NCBI GenBank assembly: GCA_963693365.1
Contig: CAVNZM010000013.1
Location: 5,446,640 to 5,510,639 of the forward strand
Source of the DNA: Amoebidium appalachense
Lineage: Eukaryota; Protista; Ichthyosporea
Length of the DNA stretch: 64,000 nt
Direction of reading: 5' to 3'
The notes under the pieces are model-generated. The model did no database searches, was not told where the DNA came from, and worked only from the letters and a program-made list of their open reading frames with translations. Numbering within the stretch: the stretch's first letter is position 1; every line of letters begins with the position of its first letter. The translations under genes were made by a program, and so were the position numbers. Positions 40,040-53,485 of this stretch are shown here, piece after piece.

Positions 40040-41297
40040 ACTCCGAAGTTAAAGCTCAATCGCAGCGATTGAAGTGGTGCAAGGCAAACCTTATGATCCT
40101 TAACATTAGACAAATGTGGTGTTCTTGTACCTGATATAGCTAACAATTTACACACATTTACATTATCATCTAAACCTGTACCTATAGTTCCAGAATACAA
40201 ATATCTTGGTGTTCCGGTTGATTCTGTTGGTGTTATGTTTCCCCATATGGTCGAAAAGAGGGTAGAGTTGGCTCGTAAGCGGTTAGCTTTCTTCTCGGCT
40301 AATATTTTTAAAGACACACCCCTCCATCCTTCTCAGATAGATGATTAGACTTACATTTATTCGCACTTTTGTCTTCCCGGCATGTGAATATGGTTTACCC
40401 CTTCTCGCCGCTTGGATCAAGAAAGAGAGAACTAGAGCGCTTAAACCCTTGGCAAATTTCCTTGAAGCAGAAGTTGCCTCCTTTCTATCTAACAACTGTT
40501 GTAAACCTGGGCCTGTAACGCTCTCGATATATGGTCTGGTCCCAATAGCTGCTAGAGTATCCTATCTCGCGCTGAAATTCAATAAGCACATAAGCCGCTT
40601 AAAGAAGTATTTGCCCTCCCACCCTCTCTTCTCTATCCGACCTGTCCCCTCCTCACCTCTCCCCTCTTTCCTCCCCTCTCTCTCCCCTTCTCCCCTGGGC
40701 ACAAATACAAATAAACCCCGCAATAGTGTGTGTGTGACTTTGGACTGCCACTTACTTATTAAACATGTACACAATCACAAGATAATCACGCAATATAACA
40801 AATGGAAAAAGATACCACACGACACTAGACCCGATGAAAGCATACACCTTGAAGAACTAAGTCTTATGTCTCGTTTTATATATACTGACCGCCTCAACCA
40901 TATTGCCAAATATGGCACTCGCAAATGTATAACACCTAAATACATATTACCCTCCTGTAGAACTGGTCTTTCTCTAGCTGATGGTATTATTGATCAATTA
41001 CCACGCTTTTACTGTACACGTGCTATACAGTGGAGATCTAATAAGTATAAGGTGGCATCGTTTGCATGCCCAAACAACACACACACACACCAGTTTAACC
41101 GGTCATGTATCGCCAAATGTAGTTTGATAGACCACATAATACCGCAACACACACATGTCACATTCACAACAGACACCCAGAAAGATAGCCTACCTGTAAA
41201 TTACAACATCCTTGATTTTATACTAAACACGCGTAACTACGACCTGTTTATTAGATGTATTGATTGGCTTGAGAAACACATCACTACAAAATTATAG
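40040..41297 (+). mobile_element. 5'-truncated, frameshifted non-LTR retrotransposon (LINE): RT C-terminal motifs and downstream domain
   Basis: Peptides KWCKANLMILNI/DKCGVL (frameshift ~40107), EYKYLGVP (40193-40216), then after a frameshift at ~40335 IRLTFIRTFVFPACEYGLPLL and a C-terminal Cys/His knuckle-like CPNN..FNRSCIAKC. These match the usual LINE W..N....N..KC, YKYLG and R..Y/F..P..EYG motifs. No intact YADD motif or endonuclease domain. Confidence 0.8.
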
Positions 41298-41317
41298 CGC
41301 ACGCGCACACACACACA

Positions 41318-41380
<63 letters not shown>
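41298..41380 (+). repeat. (CA)n tail immediately after the LINE stop codon
   Basis: TAG at 41295-41297 is followed directly by cgcacgcgcacacac...(CA)n. Confidence 0.8.
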
Positions 41381-41382
<2 letters not shown>

Positions 41383-41413
41383 CCAGCTGATACCGAGTGT
41401 CCCAGGGGAGCCC

Positions 41414-41446
<33 letters not shown>

Positions 41447-42148
41447 CGGGGAACCCCAACTAATTGATTTCTCCTTGTAGTCTTTATGGTGTCTCGTAGA
41501 GAAAGTAAACCCTGATATATAGTCATCACCCGACATCTATGTACGTGTTCATGATATACCGCTGAGGGGATATTCCGAGCAAACCCCCCCCCATACCTGA
41601 GACTGGTTTCTCTTTGCCTCGAGTAAACAGCGTAAACCCCCTTAACTTTTATATCCAATGGTTAGCTATCTTTTATGGAGGACATGGTTGTCTCGAACGG
41701 GAGGAGGAAGCGGTGAGAGATGGCACGATCTCGCATTCTTGTGAAAATGTACATTTTTACGGACAACAAGATAATTGTTTGAGTGGTGCGTGGCTCTTAT
41801 AGAGTAGTGATGTGATTGGTTGTAGATCATGAGATTAGAGTTTTGATCCACGGGTATATAAAGTGGGTTTGTGTATGTATTTGGGTCAGTTCTCAGTTTT
41901 AGAAGTAGAGTTTGTGTGAGGAGGAGACGGCAAGGGAGAAAGGTAATAGATAGTCGTTTTTGGTTGAATTTGGTTTTGGTGGCCCCTTCGTTAGGAGCAC
42001 GAACCTGTTGCCAGCGGCTAATTAGTTATATTTCTTCTCTGTGGGCTCGTTTTTTCTCCCACCCTCCCTCCCTGGTAAATTAGATGAAGGGGTTCCTTCG
42101 GCCATTGAGAGCTGAAGGGGCTGTTCCTTCCCTAGGGTAGGGGGCCTC

Positions 42149-42351
<203 letters not shown>

Positions 42352-42889
42352 CCACAGACACACACGGTTGTAGATTTAAAAGGGTTAAGGGGTGTGTTGT
42401 TGTTTTAGGCTTAAAGGTTTAATAGTGTGAAATTTACAAAACAATTTAGGATTTCATCGTCCCTGCCATGCTCTGATTGGCCTAAACGTATCACAAACTG
42501 GCGAACAGCATTGCGTGCTGCAATTGCGAATAACCAAAAAAGGTTAGAAATGAAAAAGCAAAAAAGCAGCTTTGTGCCGCTTTGAATCAAGGTTCTGCGA
42601 CATCGAAATGTGATGGGAATATGAATTTGAACACGGATGAAAGTCGGATGGGGGACGGGTGGTCACAGCTTTCGTAGACAAGAACTATGTTTAGGACAAG
42701 GAAAAGACTGAGGACGCCAGGTCCCGGAAGCCCCATTTACATCGTGATGTTTATTGATCTGGGGGGCTTCCGTGTCTGAAAGAGCTGCACGTAGATCATC
42801 TTCCCATACTCGTGATTGAATTGCACCGTTTAATGTCACTTCTCCTTGATATATACCAGTAGTTGGTGTCTCTTACAATGCACACAAAG

Positions 42890-43250
42890 AATGGACGGGG
42901 GCATGGAACTTGGTGATGGCAGTGGTGTGGGGTTCGAAGCAGGGGCACTTGACTCGGATTTCTTTGACAATATTTTTTCCGACGATAGCACACAGAGTGA
43001 TACAGAAGACAGCGAGGCTACAGAGGATACCGCTCTCTCAGGGAAATGGCGTATTTTTGACCCCAAGCAAGTAGACATAATAACACTCAAAGCAGACGAT
43101 ATTGAAAACAGGCTCCTAGACGTTCAGGCGCAAGTCCAGTAATCCAAACGCCAAATCCTGCTTCAATATATGGCACACGAACAAGGATATCAAAACACCT
43201 GAATACTGGGCAGATTACGAGCCTCAGTAGACACGGTGGTCGCAGTGTGA
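42890..43250 (+). pseudogene. Disrupted coding-like fragment of unknown origin
   Basis: An acidic, protein-like stretch (MELGDGSGVGFEAGALDSDFFDNIFSDD..ENRLLDVQAQVQ*SKRQILLQYMAHEQGYQNT*) continues in frame through stop codons. Confidence 0.3.
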
Positions 43251-43373
43251 AATGATTGGTTAAGTTAGAGTCACGTCACTTGCAGGCTTTGCTGTTGCCA
43301 AAGAGTTCTTCTTGTGTTTTTTCCTTCACCTCCCCCCCCCCCCCCCCCCCCCCCCCCTTTTTTTTTTTTTTGG

Positions 43374-43439
<66 letters not shown>

Positions 43440-45619
43440 CCCTGTGTGTGTGCCCCTGTGTGTGTGTGTGTGTGTGTGTGTGCCCCTGTGTGTGTGTGTG
43501 TGTGCGTGTGTGGTGGTGGTGGTGGTGGGGGGGGGGGGGGAGAGGGGAGGGCTCGGGAGGGGGGGGGGGGGGGGGGGATTGCCTATGATACCCAAGTTAA
43601 CCGTTAGAGGGACTGTTGTAATTTCAAGTGTAAGACATTTAATAGTTCAAATTTCGTGGTCTATAAAACAAACACTACACCCCTCTCCCCGAAGCTCGTA
43701 CCCGGGCCACAGATCTATAACACCCCGTCCCCCAGCCCCCCAGCCCCCTTCCTCCCCTCCCCCCTTCCCCCCTTCCCCCCCCTTCCCCCCCCCCCCCCCC
43801 CCCCCCCCCGGACCACAACCACCACCACCGTCCCTTCCTTTGGCACACAAACAATTATCGCTCTTCTTCCCAGTGTGTGCACGTGTTAGCATACATGTAT
43901 TTTCCTCCGTCTGGATCCCTCCCCCGAGGCCACCCTGAGGCTCTCCCCGTCCCTACTATTTGCTTCGGTTTCCTGGTATAATTATGGTCACGACTTTGAA
44001 ATTACGAGTCAAAAGAAAAATTACCAGAGGACCCGAGTCTCCCCGACACGTACGGGGCCCTCGGTGCATTTTGAAACACTCTTTTTTCCCTTCTTTTTGG
44101 CTATTAATGCATAAAAGGTTTGGTATTTTTCGTCTAAAACGTGTTTAAAATGGATTAAATAGTATACCGGAGTTGGTATTACATAACGTGTTCATACAGC
44201 TTTTGGTGTATTCAAAATGGGCTTTGGCAATGACCCATTTCCAGAATGGGTCCCAGGTTACGGGTAAAAATTTGTACACGTGGGGCGAAATAAGCGGCTT
44301 TTGAAACATCTGTCTCTCTTTTTGTATCCCAGTAAATAGTACATAATCGGTTATTTGCGTCTTTTGTATGTCTTTTTATCATTTTTTTTGTTAATATTAA
44401 CTGGTAGGTGCACATTCATAAGGCATTTCATGCAATCAAAGTTGGCCCCGGCAACATTTCCTGAATTTGGGGTCCTAAAAAACACGTACGGGGGCCACGG
44501 ATGAATTTTTTCTTCTTCTTTTGACTCGGGTTTATTGATCCGTTGATGAAGGCAACGTGCAGCCACAGGCTACATAACCACCAATAGAACTGAAAAAGCC
44601 AAAGCTACGAAATAAAAATAAAGCGACAAGTGACAAAGGACACCAGCGGGCAAAACCGTAAGTGTACGTGTATGCGTGAAACTAGGTTGCTCCAACTTGT
44701 CATATGCACCGATGTTGACCAGACCACATTCTGCAAGAAGACATCATTACTGCTCCTTCCCAACAGGCCCCCCTCAAAACCTATCGAGGCACAGCAAGCA
44801 AGTCAGCCTCTAAAAGAGCAATGCAGACCAAATCTAAGCTAAAAAACAATCCCAACGGGCCCGGCCCCTAGATAACCCGGAGAAACTGCATCTAGCTCTC
44901 TGATAAGGTGGCCTAGTTGTGGCAGGACACACAGAAAAACACAATTACAGAATGCATGCAAGCATTGCAATACGACTGGAGGCTAAGGGCTGGCAGTCAC
45001 TTGGAAAGCTCCCCGACGACCAAGTAGCCGCCCCAGGGCCTCCACTCACGCAGCGCAGAAGTAGCTGAAGAAGTTGCAGCAGCCCACCGCCAATAGGTCG
45101 CGTAGAAGCGTAGACAGCGTGTAGAAGTTACCATAGGTTGCAGTGGACCACCAGGCGTTGAAGAAACCACTTCTCAAGCGAGAAACTCCGCGAAAGGGAG
45201 ATGAAAATTCAGACACTCTTTTTGTTATTTGTTTTTTAAACTATTAATACGTTTTTTAATGTTCTGGTTCAAAGCATCCGTATATATTGTTTTCGTACTG
45301 TTTTTGGGTCTGGAATCAAGCTTTATTATGGTTTTTGGTGCACTCAAAGTGGGTCCCAGCGCCGCAAGTTCCTGGGACGTGGCCGCACTAAAGTAAAAAG
45401 TCCGAGACGTCTTTTAGTATTAGATAATGGGCCTTTATCATATGACATGGTGGATATATTCGAAAGCTTCATTCAAATAATCAATTGATGTTTACACGTG
45501 CGATTTATACACACTAGCACATGAGCAAGCGCACACGTGGTACTTCATCCGCACGCACACAGGTATGTACCTACCACTATTCATCAGTTCTGAATTAGAC
45601 CTTAAATAAAAAGGATCAA

Positions 45620-46198
45620 ATCAACTGATACATACTCTCCGTGGCTCGGTCCGACCCCAAAAAAAGGTCTCATGCTGGTTATCTTTCACATAGAGGTTAA
45701 ACGTTCCAGATAAAAGTGCACACCGTCTTTTCAACTTTTGACCTTTAAGCCTGGGCAAGGAACTGAACATAGCTGAAACCCCGAGGCCTGTCAGATTCAT
45801 CCTCTTATTAAACTTTCTATAATGGTCAAGAGTACTTCTGTGAGTTTTTAATATTTTTTTGGCCACCGGGGGTGAGGCCGGGGAGGGAAGGGGAGGGGGG
45901 GAGAGCAGAGAGAGGGGGAAGGGAGGGGGGGGGGGGGGGGGGGGGGGAGGGGGGGGGGGGGGGGGGGGGGGAGGGAGGGAGGGGGTAGGGGGAGAGCGGG
46001 GGGAGGGGGAGGGGGGGAGGGGGGGGGGGGGAAGGGGAGGGGGGGGGGGGGGGGGTGCTAATAGCCCACAGCCTAAGAATAAATTTAGGTCTCAGGCCGT
46101 GTCATTATTCTTCTTCTTTTTTTTTTTTTTTTTTTTTTTTTAGAGAGGGGGAGGGGGGAGGGGGGGGGAGGAGGCCTTAAGGGGTGGGTGGGTGGGTG

Positions 46199-46237
<39 letters not shown>

Positions 46238-48047
46238 GGGGGGGGGGGGGGGGGGGTTGTTAACGGTTTGTTTTTTCTTTTTTATTATAATAAAATATGA
46301 GCAAAAGAGGGGAAAGAAACACGCTCCGGGTCACAGGCTGAACTTGTTTGGCTCAATGGCCAGGGGGGTCTATACCAACGACTGGTAGAGAAGGGGAGGT
46401 GGATGGGTGTGCGGAGGATCATACCCACCAGAAAACCGAGGCATAAAAGGTTGGCGGATATGTTTAAACAGCGTGGATATATTTGCCAATTGTGAACTTC
46501 GGGAGAGTATTCATTAGATTGACCAATTAGGAAATAGAGCTGATATATTGGCAAATTCATAATTAGTAGGGCTATATTGGCCACTTAAAAAAGGCGCGGG
46601 TACATACAAATAAAAATCTGACGATTTAAAAAAAACGTGCCAATCAAACTGTGAGTTCAATTTCTATCTAGCCTCTATAGGCATGCACCCTCTAGATCTG
46701 CAACACGGAGTCCCTGGCTATGATCTCAGTCAGATTTCTTGTAAAACGCACTCACCAGAGCTGGAATGTGATGGCAGCGAGGGTTGTTGTGGAGTGTGCA
46801 TGCATGTGAATAAAGGTAGCCCCTGGAGGAATGACCTGGGAGGACTTGGGAAAGTGGATGGGTGGGGGGGGGGGGGTGGGGGGATTCAGAATTTTGAAAA
46901 GCACCCCCCCTCTCCCCCCCAGGCGCCCTTAAGCTTCCTATTTCTTTGGATGGGGGTGGTGGGGGCGGTGGTCCGGGTGGGAAGGGGAAGGAGTATAAGA
47001 GGGGGGGGGGGGGGGGGGGGGAGATGGAAGGGAAGGAGGGCAGGGGGGAAGGGAATAGGGGGGAGGGAGGAGGGGGGGGGGGGGGGGAGTTAGTTAAAAC
47101 GAGAGAAATTCAGCTGAATCAGATCACCGGGTAGTGATTTTCACACCATTGACAGACGATTACGAATCTGGGCCATGGCTTTGTTGGGGGGGATAATTGG
47201 GTGTTAGTAGTCTAGGCTTCTCGGTTATTCTTTTTGTGGGTTTGGTATCGGATTCCAATTAGATTTTTAATTTTTTAAAGCAACGATGAGACCGTGTACT
47301 TTCGAATCACCCGAAGGTAGCGCTATGATCCTTAACCTCACATGTGGTCAAGTCACGGACGAATGTGCATGCGGGTTATGCTGGTTAATGGTTCAGGTGC
47401 GTGGTGGTGGTAGTGTTGTACGCCTGTGCGCATATGCGCGCCTGTGTGTGTGTGGGGGGGGGGGGGGGGGGGGGGGGGGGGTGGACGCGGGGGAGGGGGT
47501 GGAGGAGGTGGAGGGGGTGGAGGGGTGGGGGGGGGTTTTGATATCATAAACAGTCTGAGTGAGAATGCAGCATGTAGTGTACTTATTATCTTGTTCATGT
47601 AGGGCCAATTAATTATATTATGGTTTTTATTGGTGTCAAGCGTTACAAATCTCAGCTACCATTCACTGAACAGTGCATTGGATTTTATGTGAATACAAGG
47701 GGTGGTATAAATTACCCTTCCACAGGTCTAGATCACAATATTGCCTAATATTGGGGGGGGGGGAGGGGGGGGGGGGTCTATGCAATTTGAAGTTACTCGT
47801 GTCTCAGGGTCACGGTATCCGCACTTGCCTTATTTATATACAGCCCATCAGGGGTCTGGTTACACAGTGATGGGGGGAAGTGGGGAGGGGGGGCGGCTGA
47901 AAACTGAGGCCTCGGGGGGGAGGATGGGGGGGAAGGTGGGGATATGTGGGTATTAAAGGGGGGGCAGAAGCGGGGGGGAGGGGGGGGGGGGGGGGCAGGG
48001 GTGCAGGGTGCAATAGGAGGCAGGAGAATCGGGGGGGGGGGGGGGGG

Positions 48048-48087
<40 letters not shown>

Positions 48088-48452
48088 GGGGGGAGGGGAG
48101 GGGGGCCGCATGAGTGATAGTGTGGGGCACCCAGCGGGATATGGGGGGGGGGGGGGGGGGGGGGAGAAGGGGGGAATGATAGTTTAATTTGCAATTTCTG
48201 TGTAAAATGACAGGCAACATTCAGTGGTTACATGTACGTGTATGGGTTGGGGGCTTCTGCAAAGGTGGCCGGGGGTAAAGTGGGGGGAGGAGAGGAGGAC
48301 GGGGGGAGAGGGGGGGCGGAGGGGGGGGGGGGGGGGGGTGGGGGGGGAATGGGGGGATTAGCGTGCCTTTCGTACACGTGTTGATACGATTCGGTTCCGG
48401 GGGTACTGTGTGTGTGTGTGTTTGCATGTGGAGTGGGTGAGTTCAAAGGGTG

Positions 48453-48489
<37 letters not shown>

Positions 48490-50000
48490 GGTGGAGAATG
48501 ATAGCCTTGGAGACTCTGAGATGTAAGAGACAGATGACTGCGTGTGATTGTGTTCTGAGAGATACGGGGGGTGCAGGGGGCGGGAAGGGGGGAGGGGGGG
48601 GGGGGGGTGAAGGATGTGTGCGTGATGGGGGGGGGGGGGGGGGAGGGAGGAAGGGATGGAAGGGGGAGCATGGGGATGGTGGAGGCACGGGGGGGGGGGG
48701 GGGGGGGGGGAGGGGAGAGGGGGGAGGGGGGGGGGGGTAGAAGAGACGGAGTGTCTACAAAGTCGAAAGTATTTCAAGCAGAGACAGCACACCAAAGAAA
48801 GGCTCATGCAGTTGTGATCTCCCGTATCCTCCCCCTCTCTTCCCCCCCACCCCCCACCCCACCTTCCCATGTTATTCCCAAAACTGAATGGGTGTCACCA
48901 CAAAAGCACTGTACTTGCAAGAAATGCGACAGCCCGAACAGTAGGCAGGGAGGAGGGGGCGAGGGGGAGGGGGGGGGGGGGGGCGGGGGAGAATGGAGGG
49001 GAGAGGGGGGGGGGGGGGAGGGAGGGAGGCGGAAAGAAAGGGCTATTTGAAGCACTTCAGGAGAAATAGTGTGTGTGTGAGAAGGGAAGATGTGTGTGGG
49101 GGGGGTAGGGAGGGGAGTTGGATGGCTGGTGAGGGGGGGCCAAAGGAAGGGGGGGGGGGGTTTAACAAACCAAAAACTTGGTTTCCGATGCGGGTCATTC
49201 GTGCTACCACAATACCGACCTCTGATGTATCCTGGTGTCAAAGCAGGGGTTTGCCCGGGTTTTGGGGAGAGGGGGGGGGGGGGGGGGGGGGGGGAAGGGG
49301 GTAGTTGCTAGCTCACACCTTGATCTGCCGCCAAAACCAAACAAATCCCAAGTGGTTTACATACAGTGGGTGTGGGTTTGGGGTCTGAGCAAAGGGGGAG
49401 AGGAGTTATCGGGACCCCGGGGCCAGGGCGAGGGGAGGAAGGGTGGGTGGGTGGGTGGGGGAGGGGGGGGGGGGGAGATGGGAGGGGCGAAGGGTGGGAG
49501 GGGGGGGGGGGGGGGGGGGGGGAATAGCATGCTATTTATATATTACAAATGTGATCGGATACAATTCGGGTGGAATCAGTTGGCAGGTTTGTGCGTGTGT
49601 AGAGTGGGTGAGTTCATAGTTCGGCGAGCCCCCTCGCCGGGGGAAGGGGGTGGGGGGGGGGGGGGGGGGGGGGGGGGGAGAGAGAGAGAGAGAGAGAAAG
49701 GGGGGGGGGGGGTATGTGATTGTGAAGTAACTTCCGTATCCCCCCAAACCCCCTCCCAACCACTGCTGCTTCTCCCCCCCCCCTCCCCCCCCCCTCTCCC
49801 CGTCCCCCCTTCCCCTCTCCCCTCTCCCCCTTCCCCACAGCCCCCTCCCCCCCCCCCATCTCGAGGGTCCGCCGTTGCCCTCAAACAAATCCGTGTCACC
49901 ACAAAAGCACTTTAGTGGTGGATAAATCTGGTGTGCGAAAATAATACAGCCCGGCAATGAGGGGAAGGGGGGGAGGGGGGGAGGGAGGGGGGGGGGGGGG
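45620..50000 (-). mobile_element. Possible decayed, intron-containing KDZ (Kyakuja/Dileera/Zisupton-like, CxC5/CxC6-associated) transposase relic
   Basis: Exon-like islands on - give, in the expected order: YPPLKCFCGDTDL (~49920), TPGYIRGRYCGS (~49230), PDGLYIN (~47850), TCEVKDHSATFG*FES (~47330), SLPGDLIQ (~47125), GHSSRGYLYSHACTLHNNPRCHHIPAL|gtgagt (46830-46755), (N)SSACDP (~46340), LDHYRKFNKRM (~45820). Recalled KDZ consensus: PP..C.C, PCG....TF.G.E, LPVDVFH..H....C.LH.NP...P.L, NSS.CEQ. Heavily degenerate, with stops and frameshifts. Confidence 0.35.
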
Positions 50001-50080
50001 GGGGGAGGGGACGGAAAGGAAGGAAAATGTAGAGGTTCTGTGCAGGACCCGGTTGTACTGTGGAAAGTGTGTGTGCGTGT

Positions 50081-50211
<131 letters not shown>

Positions 50212-50886
50212 TGTGTGTGTGCGTGTTTTTGTGTGTGTTTTTTGTGTTGGTGTGTGTGCATGTGTGTGTCAGAAAGGAGCCCCAGGTGGGGGGGGGGGGG
50301 GGGGGGGGGGGGGGGGTGCATGCTAATAATATTACACAACTGACCACAAACTCAGTTCCGGGTTTCAAAACAAAAAAAAATCTGCTGGGTTGCCTCTGGG
50401 GGAGGGGAGGGGGGGGGGGGGGGGGGGGGGGGGAGGGAAGGGGGGGGGGGGGGGGTGATGGTGTGTGTGTGGGGGGGGGGGGGGGGGGGGGGGGGGGGCG
50501 GGGGGCGGGGGAATACCACACTGAATCATTTGGGCCATTCTAGTGGTGGAGTTCGTTACAAGAGCTTTGAAATTCAAGGGGAGGGGAGACGGAGTTTGTG
50601 AAAACTGGAATGCGGTACTGCGAAATGTGTTGCGGAGTGGGCGGGTGGTGGTGGTGGTGGGGTGAAGGGGGAGGGAGTGGAGGGGGGGGGGTTGGGAGGG
50701 GAGAGGGGGGTGAGATTGTTTTGGAGAAGGTGGGGTTGATTTGTATGGCTAGAAAGAACAACGAGTTTAAAAAAAAGTAGAACGACTCGGCCTTACGCTA
50801 AATTTTTAAAAAACATCAGGGATATTGCTTGTATTTTAGGAGCCCACGTGCATAGGGGTTTGGCGAAAGAAGTTGGTCGACCAAAA

Positions 50887-50919
<33 letters not shown>

Positions 50920-51490
50920 GGGGGGGGGGGTACGATAGGCAAGGTCTAGCCGGGGTGTGTTTGGGGGGGGGGGGGGGGAGGTGGGAGTGGAGGGGGGGGG
51001 GGAGAGGGGGGGAAAGGGAGGGGGGGGGGGGGGGGGGGGAGGGGGGGGGGTGAGGGGGAGGTGCGCTTCGAAGGAAGAGGCAGAGGCTTCAAGTAGATGC
51101 GGGGGATATAGTGGTTTGGGTGTGGATAATAGTAGGTTTTGGTTGTGTTCAGGTAACGCAAAATAGGCAGCTGTGTATTTTTGTGTTTCCAATGTGTCGT
51201 GCAGGTTTAAGTGGAAAGGGAGGATGGTGTGTTTGGGTGTGGCATGGTTTAGTGGTGGTGGGGTAGGGTGGGGTAGGTTGGAGCGGAGGGGGGGGGAGGG
51301 GGGGGGCGGGGGGGGGGGGCTTAGAGGTTAGGCGGTGGTGGTGGTGATGGGGAAGATTGACGGGACAGTAGGGAAAGACGAAAGGGAGACAAAAGACGGT
51401 ACAGGAGAGATAGGAAGAGAAAGGTAAGGGGTTGGAGTGTGAGAGAGATGGGGAAAAAAAAGTGAAGGGGGGGGGGGGGGAGATAGAGAG

Positions 51491-51529
<39 letters not shown>

Positions 51530-51931
51530 TGAGAAGTGGGAGAGGGGATGGATTTTGGGACTCGGGCCGGAAGCATAACTTTCAATATTGATTCTCGGTC
51601 TGTATTTGAGGTATCACCAGATACCAAAGTTAACGTATGACTATGTCAGCAACGACATCCAAAAGCAAGTGGACATATGCCGAAGCTCTGTCTAGGGGTG
51701 GGGATTATCACATTCTTGTATGATTTCGAAATACCAATACAAAAAAACAGTTATCTAACCCAGGTAGCTCGTTCATTCCAAAAAAAAATGTTCAGCTTTA
51801 GTATCTGATATTTTTGATACTCTGTGTTTACCTGGCAGAGTATACAAATCATTTAAATATCAAGATTGACAAATATTACAGGGAAAAGGGGAATGTACAC
51901 TGAACAACCGTGACGGTATATCCAACTAATT

Positions 51932-53485
51932 TCACGAGGACGATTTTTTCTCCGCACCCTTGTCATCTACCCTAATAATCTCAGGAGGAACCCAAGTACC
52001 CGTGAACACGTCCAACTTAGCCCAATAAATACGGAGCATCAAGTTAAAGGGGGCATCGGTAGGTGCAGGGAGCCAGTTTGACTTTTTTTCAGTCCCTGGG
52101 GACTCCTTCTGAACATAGATAGTGGTGCTTCCATCCACGTTCTCTTTAAGGGGGTCCCGGCCACCGATCGAATACTTGTTGAGCGGGTTGGGCAAAGTGT
52201 ACCCATCGGCATCGTAGAGGGTGAGAGACCAAAACCCTTTGCCTGGGGGCATACGTCCCTTGGGGAAAGTGATCGTGTACTTGAACTTTCCCTCGAGCGG
52301 GTTACCGGTAGAGTCGTCGTGCGCGGCGGGGTAGATGGCGTCTTCGATAACGTTTGTAGCGTGAAGGAAAACACCGATGGCTGCGCGCAGGCGATAGTTG
52401 GTGCCGAAGGAACCCAGCTGATCACGGCGGTAGTACCAACACTTGCTGCCGGCGGCAAAAGGGGCTTCGTGGTAGCTCAATGTGCGCTTAAGAACGTTAA
52501 CCTCCGACGAATTCATGACGCTGGTGAGTGCGTCAGCAACGACGTCACCGTTAGCATTAAGGCCCGCGAAGGGTTTTCCGTAGTGCAGACCAATCCGCCT
52601 CATGCGCTGAATTATGGGGTAGTCCATAACGTGGTGGGGGTGTGCGGTAGACAGCTTCATGGCGTACGTGAAGAATTGCTCGGCCGTCATGTTTGCAAGC
52701 TGCCGAGGTGGAGGGATGCGCATTTCGATGGTTGGGTTGGGGACGAAGTTGGTGACGGGCTCGGGTACATAGTCCATGCCAACCTCGACGTACTTGGAGA
52801 GGGGAATGGCCTTCAGCTGGTCCTGCAACTTGTGCACTGCATCATAATCCTCCTTGGTGCCGCTGGTGTAGATGCGGGGGATAAGCCATGCCATAGTAGT
52901 GCTGCAGTTGACCGTGTGATCTTTAAGCTCCTCCGGAAGGTCACCCGTCCAGCCGGGGGGGATGAGGACAACCTTTCCAGCCCCCTGACCAGTCGTGCGC
53001 GACCCCGGGGAGTGCTGCACGTCGGAGAACATGTCGTAGATGGGGAGCAGGAAGTACCGGTCGCCAAAATCAGGCCAGGCGCACACGTAGGGCTCCGTTA
53101 GGTGCACCCATGCTGAAGAGTAGATGGTGTCGTAGTTGGGCCGCACCACACGCTTGAACTCAGCTGCAGGGAAGGTGCGCAGGTGGACGAAACGGTTTGG
53201 GGGCCCCAGCCCGGGCAGGGTGCTGCCGTTGGAGTTGGTGAGCACAGCGCGGGTGACGTCAGTCAGCACCATGGGGAAGAAGTAGTTGTAGGCATCCAGC
53301 GCAAGGTTGTGTGCATCCTCTTTGGTGAGGTTGGCAGCAGCTGCAGCAGCTGGGGCGGCATCGGCAGTGCCTTTTGACTTGTCCGCATCCCTGACGGCTC
53401 TCCGCACAGCATGAAGGGGGTTGGCTTGGGCGAAGGTGCTCAGGCACAAGGCCGCAGCCGCGTAGACGGCGAGAGCGTACCGCAT
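51932..53485 (-). CDS. Secreted DUF1254 + DUF1214 domain protein (bacterial VPA0735-like family), 517 aa, intronless
   Basis: A single uninterrupted ORF. Signal peptide MRYALAVYAAAALCLSTFAQA. DUF1254 motif VVRPNYDTIYSSAWVHL..DRYFLLPIYDMF..PPGWTG. DUF1214 motifs AIYP..D..G.PL.G..KYTITFPKG..PP.KGFWSLTLYD and N.DGS.TIY....PG..K.SNWLPAP...FNLMLRIYW. Confidence 0.92.
   Translation of the reverse strand: MRYALAVYAAAALCLSTFAQANPLHAVRRAVRDADKSKGTADAAPAAAAAANLTKEDAHNLALDAYNYFFPMVLTDVTRAVLTNSNGSTLPGLGPPNRFVHLRTFPAAEFKRVVRPNYDTIYSSAWVHLTEPYVCAWPDFGDRYFLLPIYDMFSDVQHSPGSRTTGQGAGKVVLIPPGWTGDLPEELKDHTVNCSTTMAWLIPRIYTSGTKEDYDAVHKLQDQLKAIPLSKYVEVGMDYVPEPVTNFVPNPTIEMRIPPPRQLANMTAEQFFTYAMKLSTAHPHHVMDYPIIQRMRRIGLHYGKPFAGLNANGDVVADALTSVMNSSEVNVLKRTLSYHEAPFAAGSKCWYYRRDQLGSFGTNYRLRAAIGVFLHATNVIEDAIYPAAHDDSTGNPLEGKFKYTITFPKGRMPPGKGFWSLTLYDADGYTLPNPLNKYSIGGRDPLKENVDGSTTIYVQKESPGTEKKSNWLPAPTDAPFNLMLRIYWAKLDVFTGTWVPPEIIRVDDKGAEKKSSS

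Noticed and set aside
48890-49920. CFCGDT peptides as WSC carbohydrate-binding domains
   Set aside because: The other WSC cysteines and the Y.GC and CGG motifs could not be found in frame.
52319-53101. 260-aa + strand ORF, and similar antisense ORFs at 31380-32174, 35048-35437 and 36407-36985
   Set aside because: These are antisense shadows of real coding sequence on the - strand.
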